From Candidatus Omnitrophota bacterium (GTDB taxonomy: Bacteria > Omnitrophota > Gorgyraeia > Gygaellales > Profunditerraquicolaceae), in NCBI GenBank assembly GCA_043800555.1, contig JAZDMX010000017.1:4068-68067 (forward strand): a DNA stretch of 64,000 nt. The letters run 5' to 3'. A program made the translations under genes and the position numbers. The notes under the pieces were generated by a model. The model was given only the letters and a program-made list of their open reading frames with translations, made no database searches and was not told the origin of the DNA. Positions 48,065-57,041 of this stretch are shown in pieces. How positions within the stretch are numbered: the stretch's first letter is position 1; each line of letters opens with the position of its first letter.

Positions 48065-48536
48065 GGAACCATCTTTCTAGTTTTCTCAGGGTTTTAGAAA
48101 CCTGCGGGCTCAATTTGTCCCCAAACACCAATACTTCGGGCTGGATAGCCAGAATGATTATATCCGTATTTTTCAAACTGTTTTTCAAATAATTAATCGA
48201 TAAATTTATCGAAGCATCGTGGGTTGAGAAAAAATTGACCGTCTGGAGATCTTGCGCTTCTAAAACCCGGAATTCACCGGACTCCCCCCCAAAATCAACG
48301 GCATCGATAAGTAAAATAGTATCGGGGTTATCTCCGATAACCTTACCTAAGAAGTTTTCGGGGGCTAAGCCCGTGTCGTAGACTATGCCAGCGACTTTAT
48401 CCTGAATACGGCTGGCTAGTATTGAACCTACGCCGTCGTCACTACGCAAAGTATTGCCGATGCCTAAGATTACGGATTTACCGGATAAGCGCAACTTAAG
48501 ATTGCCAAGGATATCGAGGCTAAAATTTTTTTCCAT
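48054..48536 (-). CDS. Hydrogenase maturation endopeptidase (HycI-like)
   Basis: ILGIGNTLRSDDGVG, APENF, IDAVDFG, STH. Confidence 0.9.
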   Translation of the reverse strand: MEKNFSLDILGNLKLRLSGKSVILGIGNTLRSDDGVGSILASRIQDKVAGIVYDTGLAPENFLGKVIGDNPDTILLIDAVDFGGESGEFRVLEAQDLQTVNFFSTHDASINLSINYLKNSLKNTDIIILAIQPEVLVFGDKLSPQVSKTLRKLERWFLDG

Positions 48537-48834
48537 GCCTGTAAGGACGGCCTTTATTATATTCCATTTTCTTAGACAAGGCTTTCTCCAAATCAATTTT
48601 CCTTGCCCCGCAATAGTCAAAGATGCGAATGCAGCAATCCGCCAGTTCCTCGGCCAGTTCTTCTTTCCTGCCGTGGTTACGCATCGCCTCAAGCGCCTCG
48701 GATAATTCGGAATGCATCAGGGCGATGAGCTCTCCGTCATTACGCTCATCCTCCCACCATCCCTTGGATTTAGCTATACGGTTACATTCCTTTATGAGAT
48801 CACTTATGCTTTGTTTTGATTTTAACCGCATCAA
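48520..48834 (-). CDS. MazG-like all-alpha NTP pyrophosphohydrolase
   Basis: ALMHSELSEALEA..EELADCCIRIFD..KMEYNKGRPYRHGKKF. Confidence 0.85.
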   Translation of the reverse strand: MMRLKSKQSISDLIKECNRIAKSKGWWEDERNDGELIALMHSELSEALEAMRNHGRKEELAEELADCCIRIFDYCGARKIDLEKALSKKMEYNKGRPYRHGKKF

Positions 48835-49291
48835 GCTGTCCTTTCTCTGCCGGTTTTATTACGCCCGTAATTAAAGCGTCAAAAACGGTACCGGATATTT
48901 TCTCTTTCCCGTAAGTGCTGGGGCTGGAAACCTCTATAAGCGTCTCCCTTTTATTCAGCTGCGTAAAGAATAGCCCCACCGGAGTAGTATCTTCTTCGGA
49001 GACATATACCGCGATCATATCTTTACGCAAATCATCGGCGTAAATATAAGAACCGGTATCTTTTAATATTGACCTGACTTTATTATGGCAGGTAATCAAA
49101 TCAAGGTTAAATTCTTTCTTTATGGCATCTTTCCTGCCATCCTCCAGGACTTTTGTCGAAACTCCCAGAAAACCCCGGTAAGCTTCTTTGGGGCTTACGC
49201 AACCGGAAAGCAAGACCGCTAGAGGCAAAAAAACATATAATAGTATGCAATATTTAGCATACCGGAAACGCTGTTTATCAAATTTTATCAT
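48800..49291 (-). CDS. Hypothetical lipoprotein
   Basis: Lipobox LLSGC. Confidence 0.7.
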   Translation of the reverse strand: MIKFDKQRFRYAKYCILLYVFLPLAVLLSGCVSPKEAYRGFLGVSTKVLEDGRKDAIKKEFNLDLITCHNKVRSILKDTGSYIYADDLRKDMIAVYVSEEDTTPVGLFFTQLNKRETLIEVSSPSTYGKEKISGTVFDALITGVIKPAEKGQLDAVKIKTKHK

Positions 49292-49300
49292 AATCCCTCC

Positions 49301-51316
49301 TCATTCATTTACCAGTTGCTTTATTTTATCCAGATTCTTGCGCGCTTCTATCTCTCCCCTTTCGGCGAATTCAGATGCCCTGTGCAATTCAAGCCAGTAC
49401 ATTCCGGAGGTATCCGGATGCAAAACTATATCCGCCAATAAACCTTCCCTTTGGGCCACTTCAGATTGCAATATTTCAACACTACTGAAAATAATGTCAA
49501 GTATATTTGTCTTGCAAATATCCCGGAAGTACCTCCCCAAATCAAACCATGACTTTTTTTTGATAACCTCTGATATGTCGGTCTTTAAATTTGCCTTGAT
49601 TTTCTCATACTGGTTTAACACATCCTGCCGCGAAGGCGTAACATTAACCGCGATAATTTTCTTTACCCCCATCTTAAAAAGCGGTTCAGTCGGCAAAGGG
49701 TTGATTATCCCGCCGTCGAAAAGCAGCTCTTCTTTGAACTTAAAAGGGGCGAAGACCCCCGGCATAGCGCAGCTGGCCATAATCGCATCCTTTAATAAGC
49801 CTTTATCCAAAACGCGCGGCTCCTTTCTTTTTACGTCGCTGGCCATAATCTTCAAAGGAAGGCGGGTATCGTAAAATGTTTTATCTCCCAGGCATTTATC
49901 CAGGAATTTATACAATTTGTTCCCTTTGATAAAACCTAAGTGCGGGATAGTCAGGTCAATCAGGCCCCAGATGTGTTTCGGCTCCTTAAAATCCCTGGTA
50001 ATCTCTAAAATCTCGGAGCTTGACTTTCCTATCGCCCAAAGGCTGGCAATGAGGGCGCCCATACTGGAGCCGACAATGATATCTACCGGGATATTTTCTC
50101 TTTCGATTACCCTCAATACTCCCACATGGCAAAATCCGTAGGCTACGCCAACCCCCAAAACCAGCCCTACCATGCTTTCGCTGACATAACGCGAGATGCG
50201 CCTGACTGCTTTGGCATATTCGCTCTCCGGCTTATTCAAAACCAGCATATCGGTTATGCCGGGTTCAATTTTAGGCAAGGTGGCAAATATTTTTCCCCCC
50301 AGGATCTGCTCCTGTCCGGCAGGCATAATCTCGGTCAGCTTATAGCCGTTAATGATGATTTTTATCTTCTCTTGCTGGAAATTAAATTCACTTTTAAGCT
50401 CCTGCGTAAGCGCGCGAGTCTTCTTCAGCTCATTTTCTTCCGGGCCGGTTAGAAGATGGATAAAATCAGATTGATTAAGAATGCTAAAAATATTTTTATC
50501 CAATAAGGAGGGCAAATCGAGGATTATAAAATGATAGCTGTTCACCAGTTCGCTCAAAAAACCCAACAGGCGCCTCACGCAAAGATCATCCTGCGGGCTG
50601 TAATAGAAACAAATAAGGTCTACGCCAAACCCGCTCTTTAAAATGTAGTCTTTGGCCAAAGATGGGTTTTCCGGCGCGCTTTGGCAAAGATCAAAAACCT
50701 TTTCTTTTTCCAGACCAAGCCTGCGGGGAAGGCTGTGCTTTTCATCGGTTGAAAGGATATCCAGGATAATCACGGATTTAGGCGTTTCCTTCTTCAGGCT
50801 CAGGCTTAAGTTTAAGGCATAAATTGTCTTTCCGGCCTTGGAATACGAACTAAAAACCGAAATAACCGTGCTTTCGAATATTGACTTCTGGGCAATGTCT
50901 TTACGCCTTAACCTCCTTGAAAGCATCCGGCTTAAATCGATCGCAAGGCGCGGAATCTTATTAATCACCAAATCAAAATCTTCTTTATTCACCACCAAAA
51001 TCACGCAGTCATTAGTCGCCTGGGCGGTTACCGAATGAGGCTCGCCTGTTAATAAAGAGATAACGCCAAAATATTTTCCCCGGTGCAAATACTCAAGCAC
51101 TTTCCGGTTCCCCTGGATATCCCGGCTATAAACTACGGCCCTGCCCAGGGCAAGGCAGTAAAAACCGCTCTTATCCGAGCCTTCCTTATAGATAATATCC
51201 CCCTTCTTAAAAGAAAGAAGGGACGAATGCTTCTTGATTATATTGCGCTCTCTCGAGGAGAGATCAGAAAATAGAGGGAACTCCCGGATTATTAAATCTT
51301 TTTCGATAGTGTCCAT
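49301..51316 (-). CDS. cNMP-binding / ParA-MinD-like / patatin phospholipase fusion
   Basis: cNMP domain (FGVISLLTGEPHSVTAQA), middle domain VISVFSSYSKAGKT..IILDLP, patatin GVGVAYG, GSSMG, DGG. Confidence 0.85.
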   Translation of the reverse strand: MDTIEKDLIIREFPLFSDLSSRERNIIKKHSSLLSFKKGDIIYKEGSDKSGFYCLALGRAVVYSRDIQGNRKVLEYLHRGKYFGVISLLTGEPHSVTAQATNDCVILVVNKEDFDLVINKIPRLAIDLSRMLSRRLRRKDIAQKSIFESTVISVFSSYSKAGKTIYALNLSLSLKKETPKSVIILDILSTDEKHSLPRRLGLEKEKVFDLCQSAPENPSLAKDYILKSGFGVDLICFYYSPQDDLCVRRLLGFLSELVNSYHFIILDLPSLLDKNIFSILNQSDFIHLLTGPEENELKKTRALTQELKSEFNFQQEKIKIIINGYKLTEIMPAGQEQILGGKIFATLPKIEPGITDMLVLNKPESEYAKAVRRISRYVSESMVGLVLGVGVAYGFCHVGVLRVIERENIPVDIIVGSSMGALIASLWAIGKSSSEILEITRDFKEPKHIWGLIDLTIPHLGFIKGNKLYKFLDKCLGDKTFYDTRLPLKIMASDVKRKEPRVLDKGLLKDAIMASCAMPGVFAPFKFKEELLFDGGIINPLPTEPLFKMGVKKIIAVNVTPSRQDVLNQYEKIKANLKTDISEVIKKKSWFDLGRYFRDICKTNILDIIFSSVEILQSEVAQREGLLADIVLHPDTSGMYWLELHRASEFAERGEIEARKNLDKIKQLVNE

Positions 51317-51319
51317 AGC

Positions 51320-52536
51320 TTACAATTTGCCGTATTTACAGACTTCGGAGAATTTACGCGCGCTTTCCCTGACCGTGCGCTTATAATTATCATAATCAAC
51401 CTCGATAAGCCCGAAACGCGGGCCAAATCCTTTATCCCACTCGTAATTATCGAGCAAAGACCAATACAGGTAACCCATAACCTCAACGCCGCTATCAATC
51501 GCCTTTTTTACGCTCTTAAGGTGCTCGGATATATAATCCCACCTCAAGGCGTCATTATCGGTGCAAATACCGTTCTCCAAAATGAAAACCGGCAGGCCAT
51601 ATTTTTTCAAACCTACCAACAGATCGTAGAGCCCCTGCGGATAGATATCCCAACCCATTGAATTCTTCCTTAAACGCCGGTGGTTCTTTTTACAGACATC
51701 CGAGGCAAAATTGTTTATTCCCCAGCCTTCCAGCTCTACCCAGCTTGGGCTATAATAATTCATCCCGATAAAATCAAGCGCGCGCTCCGCAGCCAGCCTT
51801 TCGATGAACCCAATATTGTAATGTTTATGCCTTAGGTAGGCGGCAAATTTATTCCTTAAAGTAGCTACGCAAGGGACAAATGCCTGCATATTCTGGGCAA
51901 TGCTTATTTTAGGGTATTCCAAGCCATTGTCCTTATAGATACTCCGGATTAAATGATAAGCCCTGATGTGGGCGTCAAGTAAGTTACCGGTCACCTGCCT
52001 TGCGTGCAACAAAGACTTGTCTTGAGGAGGCCAAGTGCCCAAAAGATAAGAAAAATAAGCATAAACCATCGGTTCGTTTATGGTTACCCAAAAGGAACAT
52101 CCGGGGCAAGCAGAGTGACGATTTGCTCGACATAACGCAGGAAGAGCTTAACCGCGCCTTTATTGCGCCAAGCGCCTATCTTGGCAAACCAGATGGGGTT
52201 GGTAAAATGGTGCAGAGTGACTACCGGCACAAGCGAGCGCTCTTTTAAGGCCGCGATCACCTGCTTGTAATGTTCTAACTCTTTTGGGGAGAATTTGCCT
52301 TCTTCAGGCTCAATGCGCGCCCATTCGATTGATAAGCGGTGGCAATTATGGTTTAATTCTTTGGCAAGGCTAAAATCTTGGGCAAAAAACTCGTAGTGGC
52401 GGGCCGCTCTTCCGGAAACGTGCCTGGTGTTCAGGCGCTTCTCCCAATCCCACCAGTCGCTAAACGAATTGTCCCCCTCGACTTGATAAGCGGAAGTAGC
52501 CGCGCCCCAAAAAAAATCCTTAGGGAATTCTATCAT
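51320..52536 (-). CDS. GH1 beta-glucosidase, split by a 1-nt frameshift at ~52090-52093
   Basis: FPKDFFWGAATSAYQVEG, TLHHF; the alternative frame gives WVTINEP (acid/base); ILENG nucleophile, WSLLDNYEW. Confidence 0.9.
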
Positions 52537-52744
52537 TAAATGAACGCATAACTTACGGTTTGCCGAAGGCAAAAAGTAAGTTACTGCGCGAATTAACCCC
52601 GCAGCCGGCAATAACAGTTTGCTTAACTTTTTCTGAATGCGGGGTAAGCCCGGGCATATAAGTTGTACGCCTTATCTAAAACAATAACGCCAGGACTAGT
52701 TTATTTGCTTATTATAACATTAAAAACCAGAAAAAAAGAGCGGT

Positions 52745-52822
52745 TTCCTGAAAAAGGGGGACGTTTCTACTTTTCCTGAACTTGATGCTAGAAAAGCAGA
52801 AACGCCCCCTTTTTTTCAGGAA
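52745..52822. repeat. REP-like palindrome copy 16 (degenerate right arm), intergenic
   Basis: ttcctgaaaaagggggacgtttctactttt-cctgaacttgatgctag-aaaagcagaaacgccccctttttttcaggaa. Confidence 0.93.
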
Positions 52823-52865
52823 CGTCCTTCTTTTTCACCTTTTTCAATAACCAAACCTCTTAAAT

Positions 52866-53336
52866 TTATCTTGCGCTGGAAGCTTGCGGCTGTGTAAGAT
52901 ATTTACTTAACGCGTTCCAAGTCTTAGGGCCCACCTTTCCATCGGCCGTCAAAGAATTGGCTTTCTGGAATTCCGTTATCGCCTTTTTTGTTTTTGCCCC
53001 GATTTTTCCGTCAACTACTCCGGTATAAAAACCCGCGCTCTTAAGCGCTGCCTGGATCTCTGCGGCTGCCGGCTTATATGGCCCGGACGGAGGAAGCGGC
53101 TCTAGTTTTACCGCTTTGCTGACAACAGGAATACCCACATCCACCTTAGCCTCGGGGGCTTTAGTTTCTGCTTTAGCTTCCGGAGAGAGCGGAGCCGGGG
53201 CAGCCATAGACATGGTGCTTAAGGTCTCCATAGACATCGGCTGCTGCATCTCTTCCAATGTTTGCTGTTTTTTCCCGCACCCAACAAGATATGCCCCAAC
53301 CGCAAATACTAAAACAATAAATACATATTTCTTCAT
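52866..53336 (-). CDS. Lipoprotein with peptidoglycan-binding domain
   Basis: LVGC lipobox; IQAALKSAGFY..VDGKIG..AITEFQKANSL..DGKVGPKTW. Confidence 0.88.
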   Translation of the reverse strand: MKKYVFIVLVFAVGAYLVGCGKKQQTLEEMQQPMSMETLSTMSMAAPAPLSPEAKAETKAPEAKVDVGIPVVSKAVKLEPLPPSGPYKPAAAEIQAALKSAGFYTGVVDGKIGAKTKKAITEFQKANSLTADGKVGPKTWNALSKYLTQPQASSAR

Positions 53337-53405
53337 TTGTTCACCTCCTTCATGGTTTGTCTAATTTTATCAAATTATCCCAAAAATGCAAATGAAATAC
53401 GTTTA

Positions 53406-54602
53406 CTAGATTTCCCTTATCCCGGGGTATAGAATATTAACCGTAACGAAGAAAGCAGCGCAGATTACTCCGCCGCAGGTAACCGCAAAAGACACACCCA
53501 ATCCCTGCGCAAGGCTTCCGGCAATCAAGTTGCCGAAAGGCATAAAACCCGCGAAAGTAACCATAAATACGCTCATTACCCTGCCCCTGAATTTATCTTC
53601 TACTTTTATCTGTAAAAGCGTATTCACTAAAGCGATGGAAGTTACGCTCGCGCCTCCCACGAAAAATATGGCCGCAAGCGACAACCAATAGGTTTTAGAT
53701 AAACCAAAAATAATCAGGGAAATAGAAAATAACAGGGTTGAAAAAGATAAAAACCTTCCCTTTTTCCTGAAATCTCCGAGCCGCGCCAGAATTAAGGCCC
53801 CGAGTAAAGCCCCTAGGCCCGAAACAGACATTAAAACCCCTAACCCCTTGACTCCTACCTTTAAAATATCATTAGCGAGTATAGGCATCAGTATAATGTG
53901 GGCGACGCCAAAAAGGCTGACTACCGCCACAAAAGACATTAAAGCCAGTATCAGGCGGTGGCTCTTAATAAAGATAAGGCCTTCTTTTAAATCTTCTAAA
54001 GCGCCTTTGGGCCTAGCGTAGTTCTCTCCCCGGTTGACCTTGATAGCCAGGAGCGCGACAATTACCGCCAAAAAACTTACGGCGTTGATATAGAAACAAC
54101 CGCTCATCCCTATTGTCGCAACCAAAATAGCGGCAAACGCAGGCCCGATTATACGCGAAGAATTAAAAGCCACGGAATTTAAGGCGATGGCGTTAAATAA
54201 ATGGGTTTTGCCGACTAACTCCACTATTACCGACTGGCGGGCAGGCGCGTCAAATGCCATAACTACGCCGTTAAGCAAGGCAATAAACATGACCTGGGCA
54301 GGAGTAATGAGTTTTATCTGGGTAAGAAAGCCCAACGCAAACGCCAATAACATAAAAATACTTTGCGTCAGGATAAGGATATTCCTTTTATTCAAACGGT
54401 CGGCTAAAACCCCTCCGAACAACGAAAGTAAGAATATGGGTATGGAACTCAAAAACCCGACCACGCCTAGAAGGAAGGCCGAATTAGTAAGCTGAAAGAC
54501 CAGCCAACTCTGGGCTACCTGTTGAATCCAGGTGCCGATAAGCGAGACAAACGCGCCAAACCAATAAATACGGAAGTTTCTGACTTTTAACGATGAGAAC
54601 AT
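53406..54602 (-). CDS. MFS transporter
   Basis: RNFRIYWFGAFVSLIGTWIQQVAQSWLV, GGVLADRLNKR, RGRVMS. Confidence 0.9.
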   Translation of the reverse strand: MFSSLKVRNFRIYWFGAFVSLIGTWIQQVAQSWLVFQLTNSAFLLGVVGFLSSIPIFLLSLFGGVLADRLNKRNILILTQSIFMLLAFALGFLTQIKLITPAQVMFIALLNGVVMAFDAPARQSVIVELVGKTHLFNAIALNSVAFNSSRIIGPAFAAILVATIGMSGCFYINAVSFLAVIVALLAIKVNRGENYARPKGALEDLKEGLIFIKSHRLILALMSFVAVVSLFGVAHIILMPILANDILKVGVKGLGVLMSVSGLGALLGALILARLGDFRKKGRFLSFSTLLFSISLIIFGLSKTYWLSLAAIFFVGGASVTSIALVNTLLQIKVEDKFRGRVMSVFMVTFAGFMPFGNLIAGSLAQGLGVSFAVTCGGVICAAFFVTVNILYPGIREI

Positions 54603-54660
54603 TTTAACAAAGGGGCGGTCCTGCCCGTATAAGCGTAAGCATAAAACCATCCCTGTTATA

Positions 54661-55275
54661 TTATGATCTTAAAACTGCCTCGCGCCGGCAACTCGGGCAA
54701 AGGACCTTTAAGCGCGTAGAACGATTAATTTCCGCAGGCTTATTACCGGGATTAACTTTCTCCTTCAAGGCGAGGCCAACGTTCCTTAAATAAAATAATA
54801 ATAACGACGCGTTGGTAAAGGAGAGCAGCCCTAATCTTTTAGCTACCCACGCATACTGGTCCCGGGGCACAATCGGATCGCCGCAACACTCGCAGATAAC
54901 GAATTCTTTTTCTATCGCCTGTTTTAAGTCCTCTCTTCTTCCCGTAGTGGCAAAATCAAACTCCTGCGAAAGCATAATACCCTTAGAGGTCAGGCAATTC
55001 GCCTGGCACTGCCCGCAAAATATGCAAATGTCCCAATGCACGGTTAATTTCCTTTTAGCAATGCCCCCCTTTATTTCATCCACCACTTCTATTGCTTTAG
55101 CCGGGCATACCTGAGCGCAAGCACCGCAACCCGTGCAATCCTCTTCATGAAAATAAGGCCTCCCGCGAAACCGCTCAAAAGGCTTATGCGGCTTACGCGG
55201 AAAATCGTTTGTATAAGCGGGGCTAAACAATGACCTGAACGCTTCTTTTAATTCTCTTAGCTTTGGCCTGCGCAT
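54661..55275 (-). CDS. NuoI/HycF-like 4Fe-4S subunit
   Basis: FRGRP, CTGCGACAQVCP, CIFCGQCQANC, extra CECC..CPSC. Confidence 0.88.
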   Translation of the reverse strand: MRRPKLRELKEAFRSLFSPAYTNDFPRKPHKPFERFRGRPYFHEEDCTGCGACAQVCPAKAIEVVDEIKGGIAKRKLTVHWDICIFCGQCQANCLTSKGIMLSQEFDFATTGRREDLKQAIEKEFVICECCGDPIVPRDQYAWVAKRLGLLSFTNASLLLFYLRNVGLALKEKVNPGNKPAEINRSTRLKVLCPSCRREAVLRS

Positions 55276-55277
55276 TT

Positions 55278-57041
55278 TTATTTATTTCTCCCAAAAATCC
55301 ATCTTAAACTAAAAATAAAAATTAATCCTTCCGGTATTTTATTCAATATATTATAAATATCAAACTTTTCGTTCTTTAAAAACCGGTAAAAAATAGCCAA
55401 TAAGGGAAGATTTTCTATTGTTTTATAAAACTCTGTAGCCGGAAAATCAGGCGCGTCATAACCCAGCTCTCCGCCGGAGAAATAGGTGTCTTTCCTTACC
55501 TTTCTTTTCAAGCCTGTCGCCATCCACAGAACAAAACCCAAGGACAGGGCAATACCCAAAAACAGTAAAACAGATATACTGTTCCATGTGCCGGCGTAAT
55601 TTAAAACAAAGGAAAAATCCGGAGCCAGAAAGCCTTTAATAAAGGAATCGGAAAATACCCCAAGCAAAACGCAGAGCCCGGACAAAACCAGTAAAGGCGT
55701 AAGCATCTTCCAAGAAACCCCGGCAGGTTCTTTCTTGCGAGCATTATTCTCCTGCCCTAAAAAGATGGCGTGAATAAACTTAATAAAACTTGCTAAGGTA
55801 AGAGCGCTGCCAAACATTGCTGAAATCAAAGCAAAGGCGTAAATAAAACGCAAAAGAGCCCCGGAAGACGCGGTCAACCCTAAAAACGCGCCCTGATAAA
55901 TCATCCATTTAGAACTAAAACCGTTAAAAGGAGGGACTCCGGAAATAGACAAGCTCAAAATCAAAGCGCTGATAAAGGTAAGCGGCATATAGCGGGCCAA
56001 ACCTCCTAATTTATCAAGATCAAATGTCCCCTTTTTCTTTTCTACCACGCCGCCCACAAGAAATAATCCGTTTTTATATATCGCGTTATTGAACATGTGG
56101 AATATTGCTCCGATTATCCCTATAGGATTTCCGGTGCCTAATCCTAACACCATATATCCTGCCTGGCTTACGGCATGATAAGAAAGAAGCTTTCTCAAGT
56201 CATGCTGGATAAGCGCCATTAAAACCGCAAAAATTATTGTAAGGCTGCCGATAATCAATAAAATACCGATCACAAAATCATTCAAAACAAAAAAATCAAG
56301 GCAAAGGCGCGATAATATATACACGCCGAGTAATTTATCAAAAGACGCCGGCAATATCGCCATAACCGGGATAGGGGCGCTCTCTGCGGCAGTCGGTATC
56401 CAGGTATGAAAAGGGCCCGAACCTACTTTTGCCAAAGCCCCGATGAGCATAAGGCAAAAGGCAAGCCAGGAAACCGGCCGGGCTAAAACCATGCTCCCGG
56501 AGCCAAACATAGCCATTGAACCGCTAACCTTAAAATAGATAACGGATCCGGCGATAAAACAAACCCACGAAAAACCCAGTATGGTCGCGGCTTTTTTCGC
56601 GCTAAGCTTAGAACCCAAATTAAGCAAGGCATAAAGGGTAAGGATCGAACCGGCCCAGGCTGTTGAGAATACAAGAAAATCCGCCGCTAAGATTTCCAGA
56701 TTGGTAAAAGCCATCAATAACAAAAGCCAGGAAAAATACCCGCGCTTATCCTGCATATAATCCTTGGAATAAAGGCAGATTAAAACGCCGAAAAGATTGG
56801 CGAAAATAAGAATAAGCCGGCTAAGCTTATCCAACCCAAGGGTTAAGGTATAGCTGTTAAACAAATAACTATGCCAGGAAGCTTGCGGCTTCAGAAAAAG
56901 GAATACGGAAAACGCGAAAATCAAGAAAAACACGCCTAAGCTTAAGTTTTTCCTTAAATTACCGTAATTCCCCGGTAAAAATAAGATTAGCCCGGCGGCA
57001 AAAGGAAGGGCAAATATGAAAAACAGGCTTACATCCATCAT
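55278..57041 (-). CDS. NuoL/MrpA/HyfB-like antiporter membrane subunit
   Basis: AKVGSGPFHTWIP, QHDLRKLLSYHAVSQAGY, HMFNNAIYK, GVPPFNGFSSKW. Confidence 0.9.
   Translation of the reverse strand: MMDVSLFFIFALPFAAGLILFLPGNYGNLRKNLSLGVFFLIFAFSVFLFLKPQASWHSYLFNSYTLTLGLDKLSRLILIFANLFGVLICLYSKDYMQDKRGYFSWLLLLMAFTNLEILAADFLVFSTAWAGSILTLYALLNLGSKLSAKKAATILGFSWVCFIAGSVIYFKVSGSMAMFGSGSMVLARPVSWLAFCLMLIGALAKVGSGPFHTWIPTAAESAPIPVMAILPASFDKLLGVYILSRLCLDFFVLNDFVIGILLIIGSLTIIFAVLMALIQHDLRKLLSYHAVSQAGYMVLGLGTGNPIGIIGAIFHMFNNAIYKNGLFLVGGVVEKKKGTFDLDKLGGLARYMPLTFISALILSLSISGVPPFNGFSSKWMIYQGAFLGLTASSGALLRFIYAFALISAMFGSALTLASFIKFIHAIFLGQENNARKKEPAGVSWKMLTPLLVLSGLCVLLGVFSDSFIKGFLAPDFSFVLNYAGTWNSISVLLFLGIALSLGFVLWMATGLKRKVRKDTYFSGGELGYDAPDFPATEFYKTIENLPLLAIFYRFLKNEKFDIYNILNKIPEGLIFIFSLRWIFGRNK

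Noticed and set aside
2743-52822. Palindromes as a CRISPR array or DGR
   Set aside because: Copies are dispersed, the variable part is a 16-18-nt loop of related sequences, and there is no cas or reverse transcriptase gene in the window.
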